A DNA stretch of 64,000 nt from the NCBI GenBank assembly GCA_030264375.1, contig JASCQW010000119.1, positions 8,305,190 to 8,369,189 of the forward strand, in the 5' to 3' direction. The notes below the pieces were generated by a model. The model was not told the origin of the DNA and searched no databases. It saw nothing but the letters and a program-made list of their open reading frames with translations. The stretch is from Carcharhinus longimanus (lineage: Eukaryota). A program made the position numbers and the translations under genes. Shown in pieces: positions 51,291-63,360 of this stretch (positions within the stretch are counted from its first letter, which is position 1; every line of letters starts with the position of its first letter).

Positions 51291-52005
51291 ATTCCCTTCA
51301 AGATTATACTCATGTTCAAAAGTTAAAAGACATTTAAAAGTTTAGCTTGATTCAGCCAATAAACATAATATTAACTACTTCGATGAAATGTATAAAACAT
51401 TCTACAATTTCCATCTTTTATTGGAACAAATGATTCAATTCATTGCAAAACTGTTTTTTAAACCTGGATCTCAATGGACGTTCCCTGAATAATGCGTCAA
51501 ATGTTGTTTGCAATCTCTTGCAGACACGGTGGGCCCTCAGCACATGGCTGTTGCACTAACAGTCTGAAGCTGCTGCACACATCCTTAGTTTTGGTAGAAC
51601 TCCTCAGGCAGCATAAAAATGTTTTGTTTTCTTTTTGCGAAATATACATTTCCGTCAGCGATGGTAAGGTTGGGCCCGATATATTTTTGTTCCACTCAAT
51701 AGTTTACCCAACATATATTTTCTTTTACTGTATGCATTTAATTATGAAAACTCGGGACTGGAAAAAAAAAACAAAAAAAAGTGTTGCTTCTGTCTGATAC
51801 AATTATTCCAATATCGTTATGGTATTTGACTGAACGCAGTTGTGTGGATAGACGACGATGTGGCCTGCAACGGGTGGATGGGGAAATATTAATTCATCTC
51901 CAATATAACGTTTTGTGATTTCGTGAACTTCGTCGGTTAAAAAAAAAGCTGATGTATTTATCAAACGAAGAAAAACAAAACGAACTGATGTTTACATTTC
52001 AATAG

Positions 52006-52032
52006 AGTTGAAAAAACTTCGAGAAAGCAGTG
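52006..52032 (+). CDS. Micro-exon E13 (27 nt); ELKKLRESS
   Basis: tttacatttcaatag|AGTTGAAAAAACTTCGAGAAAGCAGTG|gtaagt. Confidence 0.75.
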
Positions 52033-53087
52033 GTAAGTGGCCAGAGAAACCGGCAGGATCTGTGATACATTGGTTCCAGCTGTTCACAACTACTTCCTGT
52101 GGCAATATTCTGGCGGTGTCCTCTTTCGAATGCAGAAGATTTGGCTAACATTGGTATTTTGCCAACCACCGAAATAATAGATGATGGTTACACATTTAGA
52201 AGCGTTCGCCAATACCTTCAACTTGTAGTCCGGACCGATTTCAGCATTGTTTGCATAAGTGGAAGTAAACAAATTGTGTCTCATTTCAGTGAGCCATTCC
52301 GATATTCAACTGAGCGATCACTGCATTACAACGGTTACTGGATGTAAACATTTGATTCAAAGCGTGTTCCTACTGGTAAATACTGACTTGCGCCATCCTC
52401 TCTTTTGAAACAAATTGCATTGGGAATGCTGAGAGTGAGAGGCGAAGCTTCCAATGCTTCATTGTTCAAATACTGTACACAGATTAATAATCATGTTCAA
52501 ATGTAATTCTCGTAACTGATTACTGATTTGTTTAAGCAAATGTAATGTTACAATCACTTCCTATTTATTTGGTATCTATGATTCGTAGTCGCTGAACACA
52601 CACATAAACAATACTCACTCCGTAGAAGGGAATTGTTGAAACTGGTTGTCTTAATTATAACGAATATAAAAGCAAGAGTATAGAGCATGATTTACAATTC
52701 ACTGGATCTAACATCTGAAAGATTGTATCAAGTTCAGTTTCGGATAACTTTTTGGCACAGGGGTTTTGCAAAGTACGCTTTAATCATGGGCACAGGAGGC
52801 AAAAACAAATAAACAACCAGAACAGCAATTTCAATTACCATCTCAAGCATAATAAGAATTGATAGGAAATTAACATGTAGAAATCATAACATACGTTTCT
52901 CTTAAAAAAATCGTTTCTCTGTGGAGCAAAGAAGCATCACATGAATTTAATGAATGTTTCAATCCTTATTGCGCGCAGTCAATACTAACGTAGCCTCGAC
53001 TTGCGAAGCAGAAGGGTGATTAATGATGACAAGGCGAACTGTTTAACATGTATTATGCAACAAAATTGCGCAATACGTATTCTTGTT

Positions 53088-53237
53088 TTTGATAAGAGAG
53101 GGGATTAAGGGTTATGGGGAGAGGGCATGAATGTGGAACTGAGCCACGACAGATCAGCCATGATCTTATTGAGTGGCGGGGCAGGCTCGAAGGGCTAGAT
53201 GGCCTACTCCTGCTCCTATTTCTTATGTTCTTATGTT
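53088..53237 (+). mobile_element. Young 5'-truncated CR1 3' end
   Basis: gatcagccatgatcttattgagtggcggggcaggctcgaagggctagatggcctactcctgctcctatttcttatgttcttatgtt. Confidence 0.92.
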
Positions 53238-55069
53238 TGTATTTTTTTTTCAAGCCGGAAGCCCATGACCAACGGTGCGCCTCACAGATCAGTGTTGGGT
53301 CCACAGTAGTTTGTCATTTCCATTAATGATTTGGATGAGAATGCAGGAAGCATTGTTAGAAAGTTTTGCTCCAAGGGAGAGAAAGAAGAGCCTCTCTTTC
53401 ACTTTACAGCATGACGCTATTTCGTTTAAGCGAAAGGCTGGATTGTGTAACCTGAGCGTTCTTTTTTAATTGTTGTGAAATATTACTTTGATGTTCACGT
53501 GATTGCCAAGCCTGAGTTTTATATCATTAAAATAAGATTGCTGATTTTGCACAAACATTTAGTAAATCTCACATCTTTGGTGTGTAAAAGGCTAGAGTCT
53601 CTTTAGAAGGATATGACCATAAATCTCTTTGAAAATAAGAAAAGATTGTATAAAGAAGACACAGTGGGGAATCATACTTGAGAGTCCTCTTGGGTTTTTA
53701 TTTTGAGGGTGTTACCAGTCGAAGGTGAAAGAGTGCACTCATGTACGTGTACATCCTTCCAAAAGCTCTTGATGATGCCATGCATATGGGGCTAGTATTA
53801 CATGGAAACTCAACAGAACATTCAGCATCTGTGCAACGAGAATAACGCCACAGCTCCGAGTATGGACAAACCTTCGTCGGCGCTGTAGCTACTATTACTT
53901 CTGATGAATGGTAATCCAAGCTCGCTACTTTGACTGGACTCTGTCTCCAAAGATGTTGTCACTCTTTCAGAGTTTCCAATGCGTTTTCGTTTTTTTTCTT
54001 GTTTCAGAATTCAGCATCTGCCTTGATTTCTATAATCTTGTCAGTTACTTCAAATTCACTGATGTCCACACTTGAATATATAGCATTATTGGAAAATTTT
54101 GAAAACGAACATGGTATTCTGAAGAAGTTTTGTTTTTATCTTACGATTCAATTCATATTTCTAATACTGATACTATGTGAGGAGAGAAAAAAAAGGGGGA
54201 GAAGTCTGTATTCTGGCTTCAACAACTGAAAATCACTACAATGTGCATCTTTATTTTAATTATTATTATTCGAGCAAATATTATCCATGACTACGACCAC
54301 CGATTTAGATATAAGACCCCAATTCAATTTCTAATGATACCCTCACTAGAAAAGCCCTTCTTGCTCAAACATCACATATTTTACGATAACCAATTGATCA
54401 GAAAATCTTCCGTGCCTTATAAATAGTTAAACACTGCAGCACTCCTGTGCAATTGGGATGATCTCATACCCGTATAGCCAGCCCACTTCTTGATTTTCAA
54501 TATGATCACCATTGTAGGTACTTTTTTTTTCATCATCGCTATTGGACCTAGATTGTCAGGTTCTGAAGACATCATTGGAGCATTCTCTAGTATTACTAGG
54601 TGTGCATGTGTGGAAAAGAAGTTCTTCATCCTCCGAATTTCAGACTAACCCTTGGACCATTTGCAGATTTATTTGTAGATTTGAGATTGCTAGTTACCAT
54701 TGCTTTTTTATGTTCCGATATTTTCATTTTCTCTGTCATAGCATTTTGTTTTCGTCCCCTAATCCATTTTAAACCCCTGCTTCGATTACTACCCTTCCCG
54801 TTTGAAGATTCAGCTGGCATGCATGGATGATTCCTTTGATGGCATTATGTACACAACAGTACCTCTAACGAGCCTTGCCATTATTACATCTGTTATGAAA
54901 AGTTGAAAAAGAGCATTGTCTGTAGCTGAAACAATTATGTGTCGACAAACACTTTAGTTTAATTTCCATCATAATTTTAATGCAAACTTCTATATTCAAT
55001 CATCATTATTTTGCTGTCAATTCTTTACCATTATCATTTACGTCATTCATGTTTTGGTCTACTTTACAG

Positions 55070-55084
55070 AAAAAGCATTGAACG
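55070..55084 (+). CDS. Micro-exon E14 (15 nt); EKALN
   Basis: ttttggtctactttacag|AAAAAGCATTGAACG|gtaagt. Confidence 0.72.
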
Positions 55085-58000
55085 GTAAGTGTCTTCCTTT
55101 TATTTCTTTGGCTTATATTATGTTGCAGGGCACAATGAGAGATGAGCAATTATGGCTGTTCCAAGGAAATTGTTACTCTTTGCTTTCAAAGTGGTAGAAA
55201 GTTAACTTATCACCATGGCAACAAAAGAAGACAAAAAAAATGCACGGAGTCTGTTCGTTTTGGCAGCACAACCTAACGTTCAGCAATTTTGATTTCCCAA
55301 TACAATTGTCATTTTATGAATAACATTGTACGGCCTGTTTACAGTTCCATGAATTGTTCTACGTACTTAGGAATAAAATTGAGCCTCTCGTTCCGACTCC
55401 GTTCAGCAGTGCTTAGTTTATGGTTGGGACAATGTTGTCAGTCTCTGATGATACACAAAGGATCTTGCGTCATTAAGATCGGAAGCATGAAGCAAGAAAG
55501 GGGGAATTCCTGGGTTGAGTTGAAGTGATAAATGTTACTGATGGTATCGTCACGATCAGGTACTCACCCCATCTGTACGAAAAAGGCCTACAATACTTTG
55601 TCTGCATGCGGAGACATCTCATTTCCAAATAAATGTGAGGTGACTAATTCTTCAGAGTTGCAATTAACATTTGATTGCTCGTACGTGCCCACACATATGT
55701 GCCACATAACTTCCAAGGCGGCCTTGTCTGGCATTCGATTCCTGACGACTAGGTTCCTAACAGACAGGTGGCTAGATTTAAGTCTTCATTATGTCTAATA
55801 TTTCATGTGATTTTGGTGTGGCTGGTGAGGGAATCCTCACTGTCCATTCGTTGTTGCCTGTTAGAAGGTGACATCGATTTCTCTCTCCCTGTCTCTTTCT
55901 GTGTGTTTGCTGCACTCTATTTGTTGTGCTTACGTCTGCAGAGCTGCAGGGAAGACGTCTGTCGTATGAACGTTTAAGCGGCGATGAAATATTCACCAAT
56001 GAGGATGGATAGGAACCCGGAGAGAAGCGCGAGGTTGTTGTCTTTCAATGCACACACCGTTCTTTTCTGCTGCTGGATGTGCTTGAAAAGCACTGACCAC
56101 AGATACTGATTATCAGATTTATCTGAACTCATGTATTTTAGAAGTGTGTTATCGCTTCCCTTGGAAATAAAACAGAGTGCCTGAGTTAAATGAGCAACAT
56201 TGAAGGAGGGACTCAGTTTTTTTTCCTACAAAGGAGGGTTTGACTCACAATTTGTGGTGAATCAGTGTTAGGTGCACCCGTGCATCCAAATTGATTGATT
56301 AGGACTTTCTCAGATTGCTGCTGACAGGAATGTACTTGCGTTGGTGCGGATGACTGCTTGAAACAAGTCGTGTTGTTCTAATGGAGCTGTGCCTAGTGTT
56401 GTTCGCTGAAGAGATTACAAAACAACATTTTTTTTATCGCCGAATCATTGGAAATTTGAAAAAAAACAATTCAAAGATGAGCTGCTTGGAACCACCGCCA
56501 CCACCACCACCACTACCCCCCCCCCCCCCAACAAAAGAAAAACAACGTAGTGCCATTCTGATCCAGCCAAGTCATGTTTACGAGGAAATAGTATTTCGTT
56601 TTGCAATCCTTCATGTGCTATCGCATAGATCTGCAATCCCAATGATTGACATTTCTTACAATATATACAAATTTACAGGCAGCTAGATCAAAATCACACA
56701 TTCTGCCCTATCCAACAAATTCTTAAAAACTTCGTGATGTGCGGTCCTCGAGTCTTCAAATGTGACCCCTGACATCCTGAAGTCTGAGTGTTTTCATGTT
56801 TAGTAAGGGAAAGTTAACAGACCATTCCGACCGAATTCCGCATACTTGCCTTTGAATCAAAATGAAAGAAGAAATGCAGCTTAATTAGTAGACTGAGCCC
56901 ATTCCTAGCATTGAATCTGACGGTAGAACATATATAGTATTAAATTGTAAATGTGTTCTATTTGATATTTGTAGTGAGGTAAATGGCATTCCATTATGTC
57001 GGGTTAATGGGTGTTATTTGAGCTGGATGCATCGAAGCAAGTTGCCATCATGCCTCATACGTATGGTGTTGATAGCCCTTGAACAAAATAGATTGACAAA
57101 AAAAAAATGTTATTGTCTCAATTCCAAGCATTAGGCACCACGAAAACTGTAACGGTTGAAAAAACCGAATTCATGGTCGGCAGCAAATCCTCGGCTAAAG
57201 GCCATTTAATACAACTTAATTCAATGTTTTGCATAAAACGGTGACATTTTTTACCTTTTTTGGCCAACATTGAACAACATTTCTGAATCGAAACCATATC
57301 TTTCATGAATCTTATAATCGTCTCTAAACTTGTTTCTACCTTCATGTGAATCTGGACGGATTAATTTCCAGCGCAAGTTTGGTGACAGCATTTAATACCC
57401 ATTTGGTACTTTTGAATTAAGTTGTGTTCAAACGGACTCCAGTGAAATTACTTCAAAACGTATGGATCGCGAAGAGAATAGAAATAAAAAAAGATAGTGG
57501 CACGTCACCGAGAATGGGTCGTTCATATCGCGTTTTTGATTAATTACCTTCAGTACATCAGCATCTGAATTGTTTTCTGTCCAATTGTATCCCTACCACC
57601 CACACAAACAATTGCCCATGTGCATACTTGTCCAACATTGTGAGGGTATGTGTGCGAGGGTTTATGTGAGTATGTGTGCACATGCATTCAACTTCATTCC
57701 AAGCAGTTAAGTTAGATGCACGCAGCTTTCAAGATGTAAACATCTTCTGAAAGCGCAATCACACCTTATTCATCATGCACTAAACGCATGATCTTTGTCC
57801 GTGACTTCAGTTGAAAGGAACATAAAATCTTCCTTTATTTTACATTGAAAGATCTCATTATGTTATGCATTTTATTGAAATACCGTGCAGCTTATCAATT
57901 TCAAAGGATGCAACACGAGGCAATACAATATATTCACAACTCATAAATAACGTAACCAAAGCTTTATATTCGAAAAAGAAAATATTTTATTTTCAGCCTG

Positions 58001-59159
58001 ACATTATGTTCTATGTACAACTGCATCTCGGAAGTAACGTGGATTGTTACGTGCTTAATGCAGCACCAGTAAGAAATTCCAAATCTTAGATTTAACATAA
58101 TCGTTTTTAAACATAGATTTAAACATAATCGTTTCTTTTGTTTGTGGCATGCGGGAGTCTCTGTCAAGACTCGCAATTATTGCTCATTCAGAGTTTCCCT
58201 TGAAAGTGTAATTTCGCTTCATGAACCGCTGCAGTTGCCGAATTGCAGATGCATACAACCCAGTGCTTTCAATTTAAGTCAGTTTGTTTTAACATCACTG
58301 CCAAACACTGAAAAAAAATAGTTACATTGGTATCGGACAAAAACATTTGTATATGTTGTTGTTAACTTGTATCTATCATTGTACGTCAATTGTACATCAA
58401 GCGATAATCGCATGTACATTGAGTAAGGGATTGGAGCAGTACAGATTCGCTGCCAAAAATCAATGGCACCTTAACACGTGGAGGTTTGTTTTTCAAGCGT
58501 AAAGACCGCAAGAGGCAACCATAATGTATGCGAAGGGAAAACACAAATTTCGATCAGTACACAATATGTAATAGGGTAACGAAAATGAATGTGTGACCCT
58601 TGGAAGATTGTGGCATTGCGTTAATTTTGTGGAAAGGATAAAGGACTGAGACGTTAAATTAATCGTTTGCAGTTGTTTAAAGATCGTGGTACACTAGTGG
58701 TTACAGAAAATACAGACACTATATAAATGGAGGAATGTCGAGCTTTCATTGTTAATATGGGAAAAATAACATGGACATGTGCTGGAAGTCGCCGTGGCGT
58801 GATGACTTCCATACTTCGTCTTAACGCAAGTAATTTGGGAGATAATGGAAGCATTGTTTTAATTTTTTTTTAAGAAAAGAGCCGGTAAAGAAGTAACGTG
58901 CCGTAGCCATGTCTTTATTCATAAAAGGTGAAAAGCAAAATGGAGGAAGGCATTGGCCACGCTGTGCAACATCTGTCATTGGGAAGTTAGAAGAACCAAC
59001 TAAAGTTGCAATGTTAGAGCACTTTGAATGACACATTGCAAACCATAATTGCTCTAAACGAATGGAGGAAAATTAAAGCTTATAAAAGGAAAAAAAAACT
59101 TTTTTTTTCAAATCCATGCTTGTGCTGATGATTGTAAGTAAACTAAACTAAAAAAAAAA

Positions 59160-61700
59160 ATCTGCCCTTACTTGGTCCATATCCCTCTATTCCTTCCCCA
59201 ATCAGGTGTCCATCCAAATAACTCTATAAAGTTGTTAATTGACCTGCTGCCACCGCATTCTCTGGCACTGCTTTCCAGGCACACACCACTCATTTCATGA
59301 AAGGCTACCTCCACTCATCTCCCTTCAATTGACCCCTCTCACCTTGAATCTGTTCTGCTATGAAATTGATACTTCTACACGTTGAAAATGCCTCTGAATA
59401 TCCACACTCTCCATGCCTCACTTAAATTTATAGTTCTCTTACAATTTTTCCTCTTGTCTTTCTCGTGAAAAATAAATCCTGGTTCGTTCAACCTCTCCTC
59501 ACAGCCAATAATCTCAAGGCCAGGGAACATCCTGGTCAACCTTTTTTGTACTGTCTCCAAATGTATCACTTCGTCACAAAGGTGCAGTGACGAGAACTGC
59601 ATGTAGCACTCAAAATGCGGCCTAAGCAAGTTCTTACGGATCTGCGAAACTATTTCACAGTCCTGCACTCTGTTCCCCGGCTGGCGACTGTTAGAATTCC
59701 AGAGGGCCAGATCATCTTTGCCGGTATCCCCGTTCTTCTGGAACTGCATATCTGCGCACCCACGTTCTTCTTTGTGTTATTGTTCTTCAGTGTTCTGCTA
59801 TTTCGGTTATAATTCAAATCTAAATTTGATCCTGAAAAATGCAGGAACTTGCATTTGCACTGTTCGAAATCTATCTGTCATTTATTTCTCCAATTCTCTT
59901 CTGGCAATCCCAGGCACTATCAACAATTTAACGAATTATCGGTTAATCCTCAAAACTACTAATGAGATCAATTATCTAGATTACAAACTACAGAACTCCC
60001 AGCACTAACACTGTGCTACACAGTACCTACATATTTCCATTTTGAAAAAAAAAATGCTTGTACGCAGTCCCGAGTCTTCGATAAGCAGCCAGTTCTGCAT
60101 ACATTCAGGCAGCACACGCTGATCCCATCTGAGTTTAGTTTGTACATAACTCTGCTACATGGGGGCATGTCTAAAACCATACTAACGTAAAGGCAAACAA
60201 TATTCATGGTCCTTCCCCCATCAATTATCTTTGTCACATCTTGAAAAAAAAATCTCAGTCAACTCTTGGCTACAAAACTTTCCAACACAAAACCATGCTG
60301 CGTATCACAAACGAGTTAATATTCTTTCCAATATGCAAATAGCCGGTCCTCAATATCTTATCCAAAATCCCCTCCCACCCCCACAAACCGCGTATCAATT
60401 TCACGCACCTTCATTTCCCTGCATTATCCCTTTCAAAAAAAGAACAAGAAAAAGCAGTGTGTATTCTCCAGTCGCTTGTGTTCAAAGATGTTATGAAGAT
60501 ATCTGTTATGGCCCAAGCTAATTGTTCCCTTGCCCCCTGCAGTATTCTTTGATGGATCCCATCTGGTCCCAGGAATTTCATTGAATCCCTAATATTAAGA
60601 AGGAAGCGATTGGGCCCATCGGGGCTGCACCGACAATAATCACATCGAGACCTCATATTTAACCTGCTAATCCCTCTAAATGCACATCCCAGAACAGTAG
60701 TCGTCCATTTAGCATGTCCAATGCCTCTCACCTACACGTCCAATGAATGGGCCCACTCTTTATCTTGCTAGCTTCCTAGTCCACCTTTTATGTTTCTTTG
60801 TTTCTATCTTTGGACTGTCAAATGAATCCGCAGCACCCTGCGCAAACCTACGCACATATTTTGAAAATGTGCAGACTCAGCAATAGACAGTGACCCAAGA
60901 GGGGTCTTGTCTATCTTATTGCAATTCAGAACAATCAACAGTTCCTCCTTCAAAATATTGACATTCTGTAGAACATTCACGCACCTACAACTGGTCTCAG
61001 CATCGGCCACTTCACCCTCCTTGGTGAATACCGATGCAAAGTGTTGATTAAGCATCTCACCCACTTGCTGTGGCTCCATTGTTCTTGAATGGGCTTAATT
61101 TTATTTTGCTTTCCTCTTGCTGCTAAGTTAGCATTTAATGTCTTGGGATTCTCCTTGATCCTGTTTGCCAAATTCGTTCTGTGGCCCCTTTTAAACCATT
61201 TAATTGCATATTTATTTTCCTGTCAACGTTAACAGTACTCCTCAAGGGCTTCCTTAGATTTACATACCTTGAGATAGAAATTGTTCCCTTTTTTGTGCTT
61301 ACATTTCAGCCTGTATCCATTGTTCCAGATTCCTGACATTTCTGTCTTTATTTGTGCGTGGTCATGTCTCCCTGGATAAACTATATCGATAGAATAAACC
61401 TGTCATTAAAGCCTCCCACATGCAAGACGAACATTTGCCCTCAAATCACCGATGCCAAACCTCATTTTTCAGTCCCTTTCTAATTTGGATGCAATAGTCA
61501 ATGGGCCAATTAAGTTCTCTCACCGGAGGGCCGCTTCTGCCTTTTCTCTGTCTTACTGAAAATTTGTCAAATTATGGTAGCAAACCCAAAATAATCCCGC
61601 TTGAAATATAGCTCAACTTATCTGACTCATTAACTAACATCACGCCTAATATAATCTAACCCCTCTCTGTTTGAATTACCAATATATGCTCTCAAAAAAA
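59160..61700 (-). mobile_element. Long decayed CR1 ORF2
   Basis: ANRIKENPK; GEMLNQHFASVFTKE; IDKTP/GPDGIHQRIL; LLRPHFECYMQFSS..LETVQKRLTRMFPGL. Confidence 0.92.
60575..60903 (-). mobile_element. HE1-like SINE nested in the CR1
   Basis: ggcccatcggggctgcacc...atttagcatgtccaat...tctttggactg...gtgcagactc..acagtgaccc. Confidence 0.75.
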
Positions 61701-61789
61701 CACTCATGATTGCTTCCAACAAATAGTTGTCTTTCCGAGCCCGGGCAGCACGGCATTCCAAGTCCATACCAACAAATAAATGATGAGCG

Positions 61790-62108
61790 TAGGTGATGAC
61801 GCATTGGTTTCACTGCTCAGTTTCGGGGCAGGAGGGGCGAAGAGGGATTTTCGAATCCTACCAGGGTAGATGGTGGAACTTGGGTTCAATTAAAATGTTT
61901 TGAATTAAGTGTGTACTGAACACTCTGAAACCATTGTTTATCTGGTTCAATAACGTCATTTCAAAATGGAAATCTGCCGTGCTTACCTTGTCAAGCCGTT
62001 TTGTGACTTCAGGACCAGAGCAATGTGGTTGACTGCCGACTTCCCTTGGTCAATTAGGCTTGCACAATCAACGCTGGCCATCTGGTGATTCACAAGTTCC
62101 ATGAATGA
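61790..62108 (+). mobile_element. Deu-domain SINE (SacSINE1-like)
   Basis: ttcgaatccta..agatggtggaa...tctggttca...ggaaatctgccgtgcttacc...gcaatgtggttgact...gctggcc...ccatgaatga. Confidence 0.75.
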
Positions 62109-62199
62109 GTACAAGTGCGAATTGGGGAAGAAGAAGAAAAAAAACACTACATTACGTGAGATTGTTGTTTGTTAAAAAGCAAGATAAATAAGTAGTATC

Positions 62200-62900
62200 C
62201 GTTTAGATATTGTGTTTCTAGTTTCCAGGAGAAATTGGCTCAGATGCCACACAGAAGGCTGGTAGACAATACAATTTCAAATAGGATAAGAGGTATTTTA
62301 TCCATTCAATAGACTACTGACTAAGCATGAAAAGAAAGGATTCGAGAAAAATGCTCTTTTCATTATTCTGGTTGAAACGATATAATAATTAGTATACCTC
62401 GAGATTTGTTCCGCAGGCGCAAATAATTACCATGCATATTACGGATTAGGATGCAGGTTAGATGTTCCCATAGACAAACTTGATAATTACTCTAAAAATT
62501 GTATACGTTTAATTTGCCGCAAAGAAGGAAAATAGAAAAGCAAAGGGGCATAGGTAGGATAAGTTAAGAGGGAATAATGGCAGAACTGTTATTTTTTTTT
62601 CTCCAAAAATTAAAGTTATTCACTTTGGTACAAAATTGTCGAAGGGAAATTATTACCGAAATTAGGAAACAATGTGGATTCCTTGTGAAACACGAATATG
62701 AAAACCGCCTATGAAGCTTGTGAAAAAAAAAATGTTTTGAACATAAGTTGAAGAGGACTACCCAACTCGTTTCAGAGTGGGACTCAAACGTTGCAGGTTC
62801 AGCAAATGTCTATCCTCAACATTCAATAATAATTCGCGTTCCTGACATTGCTTTGAAATGAAAGCATGTTTTAACGATATTTCAGTCAGGGTAACATTTT
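62200..62900 (+). mobile_element. Highly decayed CR1 RT fragment
   Basis: gatgccacacagaaggctggtag (VPHRRLV-like); aagttattcactttggta (EVIHFG-like). Confidence 0.6.
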
Positions 62901-63324
62901 CGGATTCACCCTTAAGTCTGTTAACTGGGACTGGAATATGGGGACCGTTGATCGAATATTCGGGGAATCTATGCACTTAATGCCCATAGAAGCTTTGAAC
63001 TACCTGTCATGCTGAGATCTTGTTCCGTGTAATGAAATTAAAATGACGTTAGGAGCTGAGCGAAATTGACATCACAGAGGAGCAGTATAAAGTCAAATAA
63101 TGTTTCATTCTGTTATTCTACGTGAAGTGCAATCTTATGATTATATGAACTGAGCTCTCTATAAAGACTACATCATGAAATGTACTCTTACTTGGTGAAT
63201 TTCTTGCACAATTATGGCGCTTCGTTACAGATGAATTCTGTATTAACATATATTTATTAAGTATCAAGACAATAAATAACATTTCCAATCATAGAACTAA
63301 AATAGTTATTTATCTGAATTATAG

Positions 63325-63360
63325 AACTGAAAAAATGTGAAGAATCATTCAAAAAGTCAG
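63325..63360 (+). CDS. Micro-exon E15 (36 nt); ELKKCEESFKKS
   Basis: tatttatctgaattatag|AACTGAAAAAATGTGAAGAATCATTCAAAAAGTCAG|gtaaga. Confidence 0.78.

Noticed and set aside
58087-58133. Small tandem duplications (also 25710-25750 and 29736-29774)
   Set aside because: Ordinary 18-27 bp slippage duplications.
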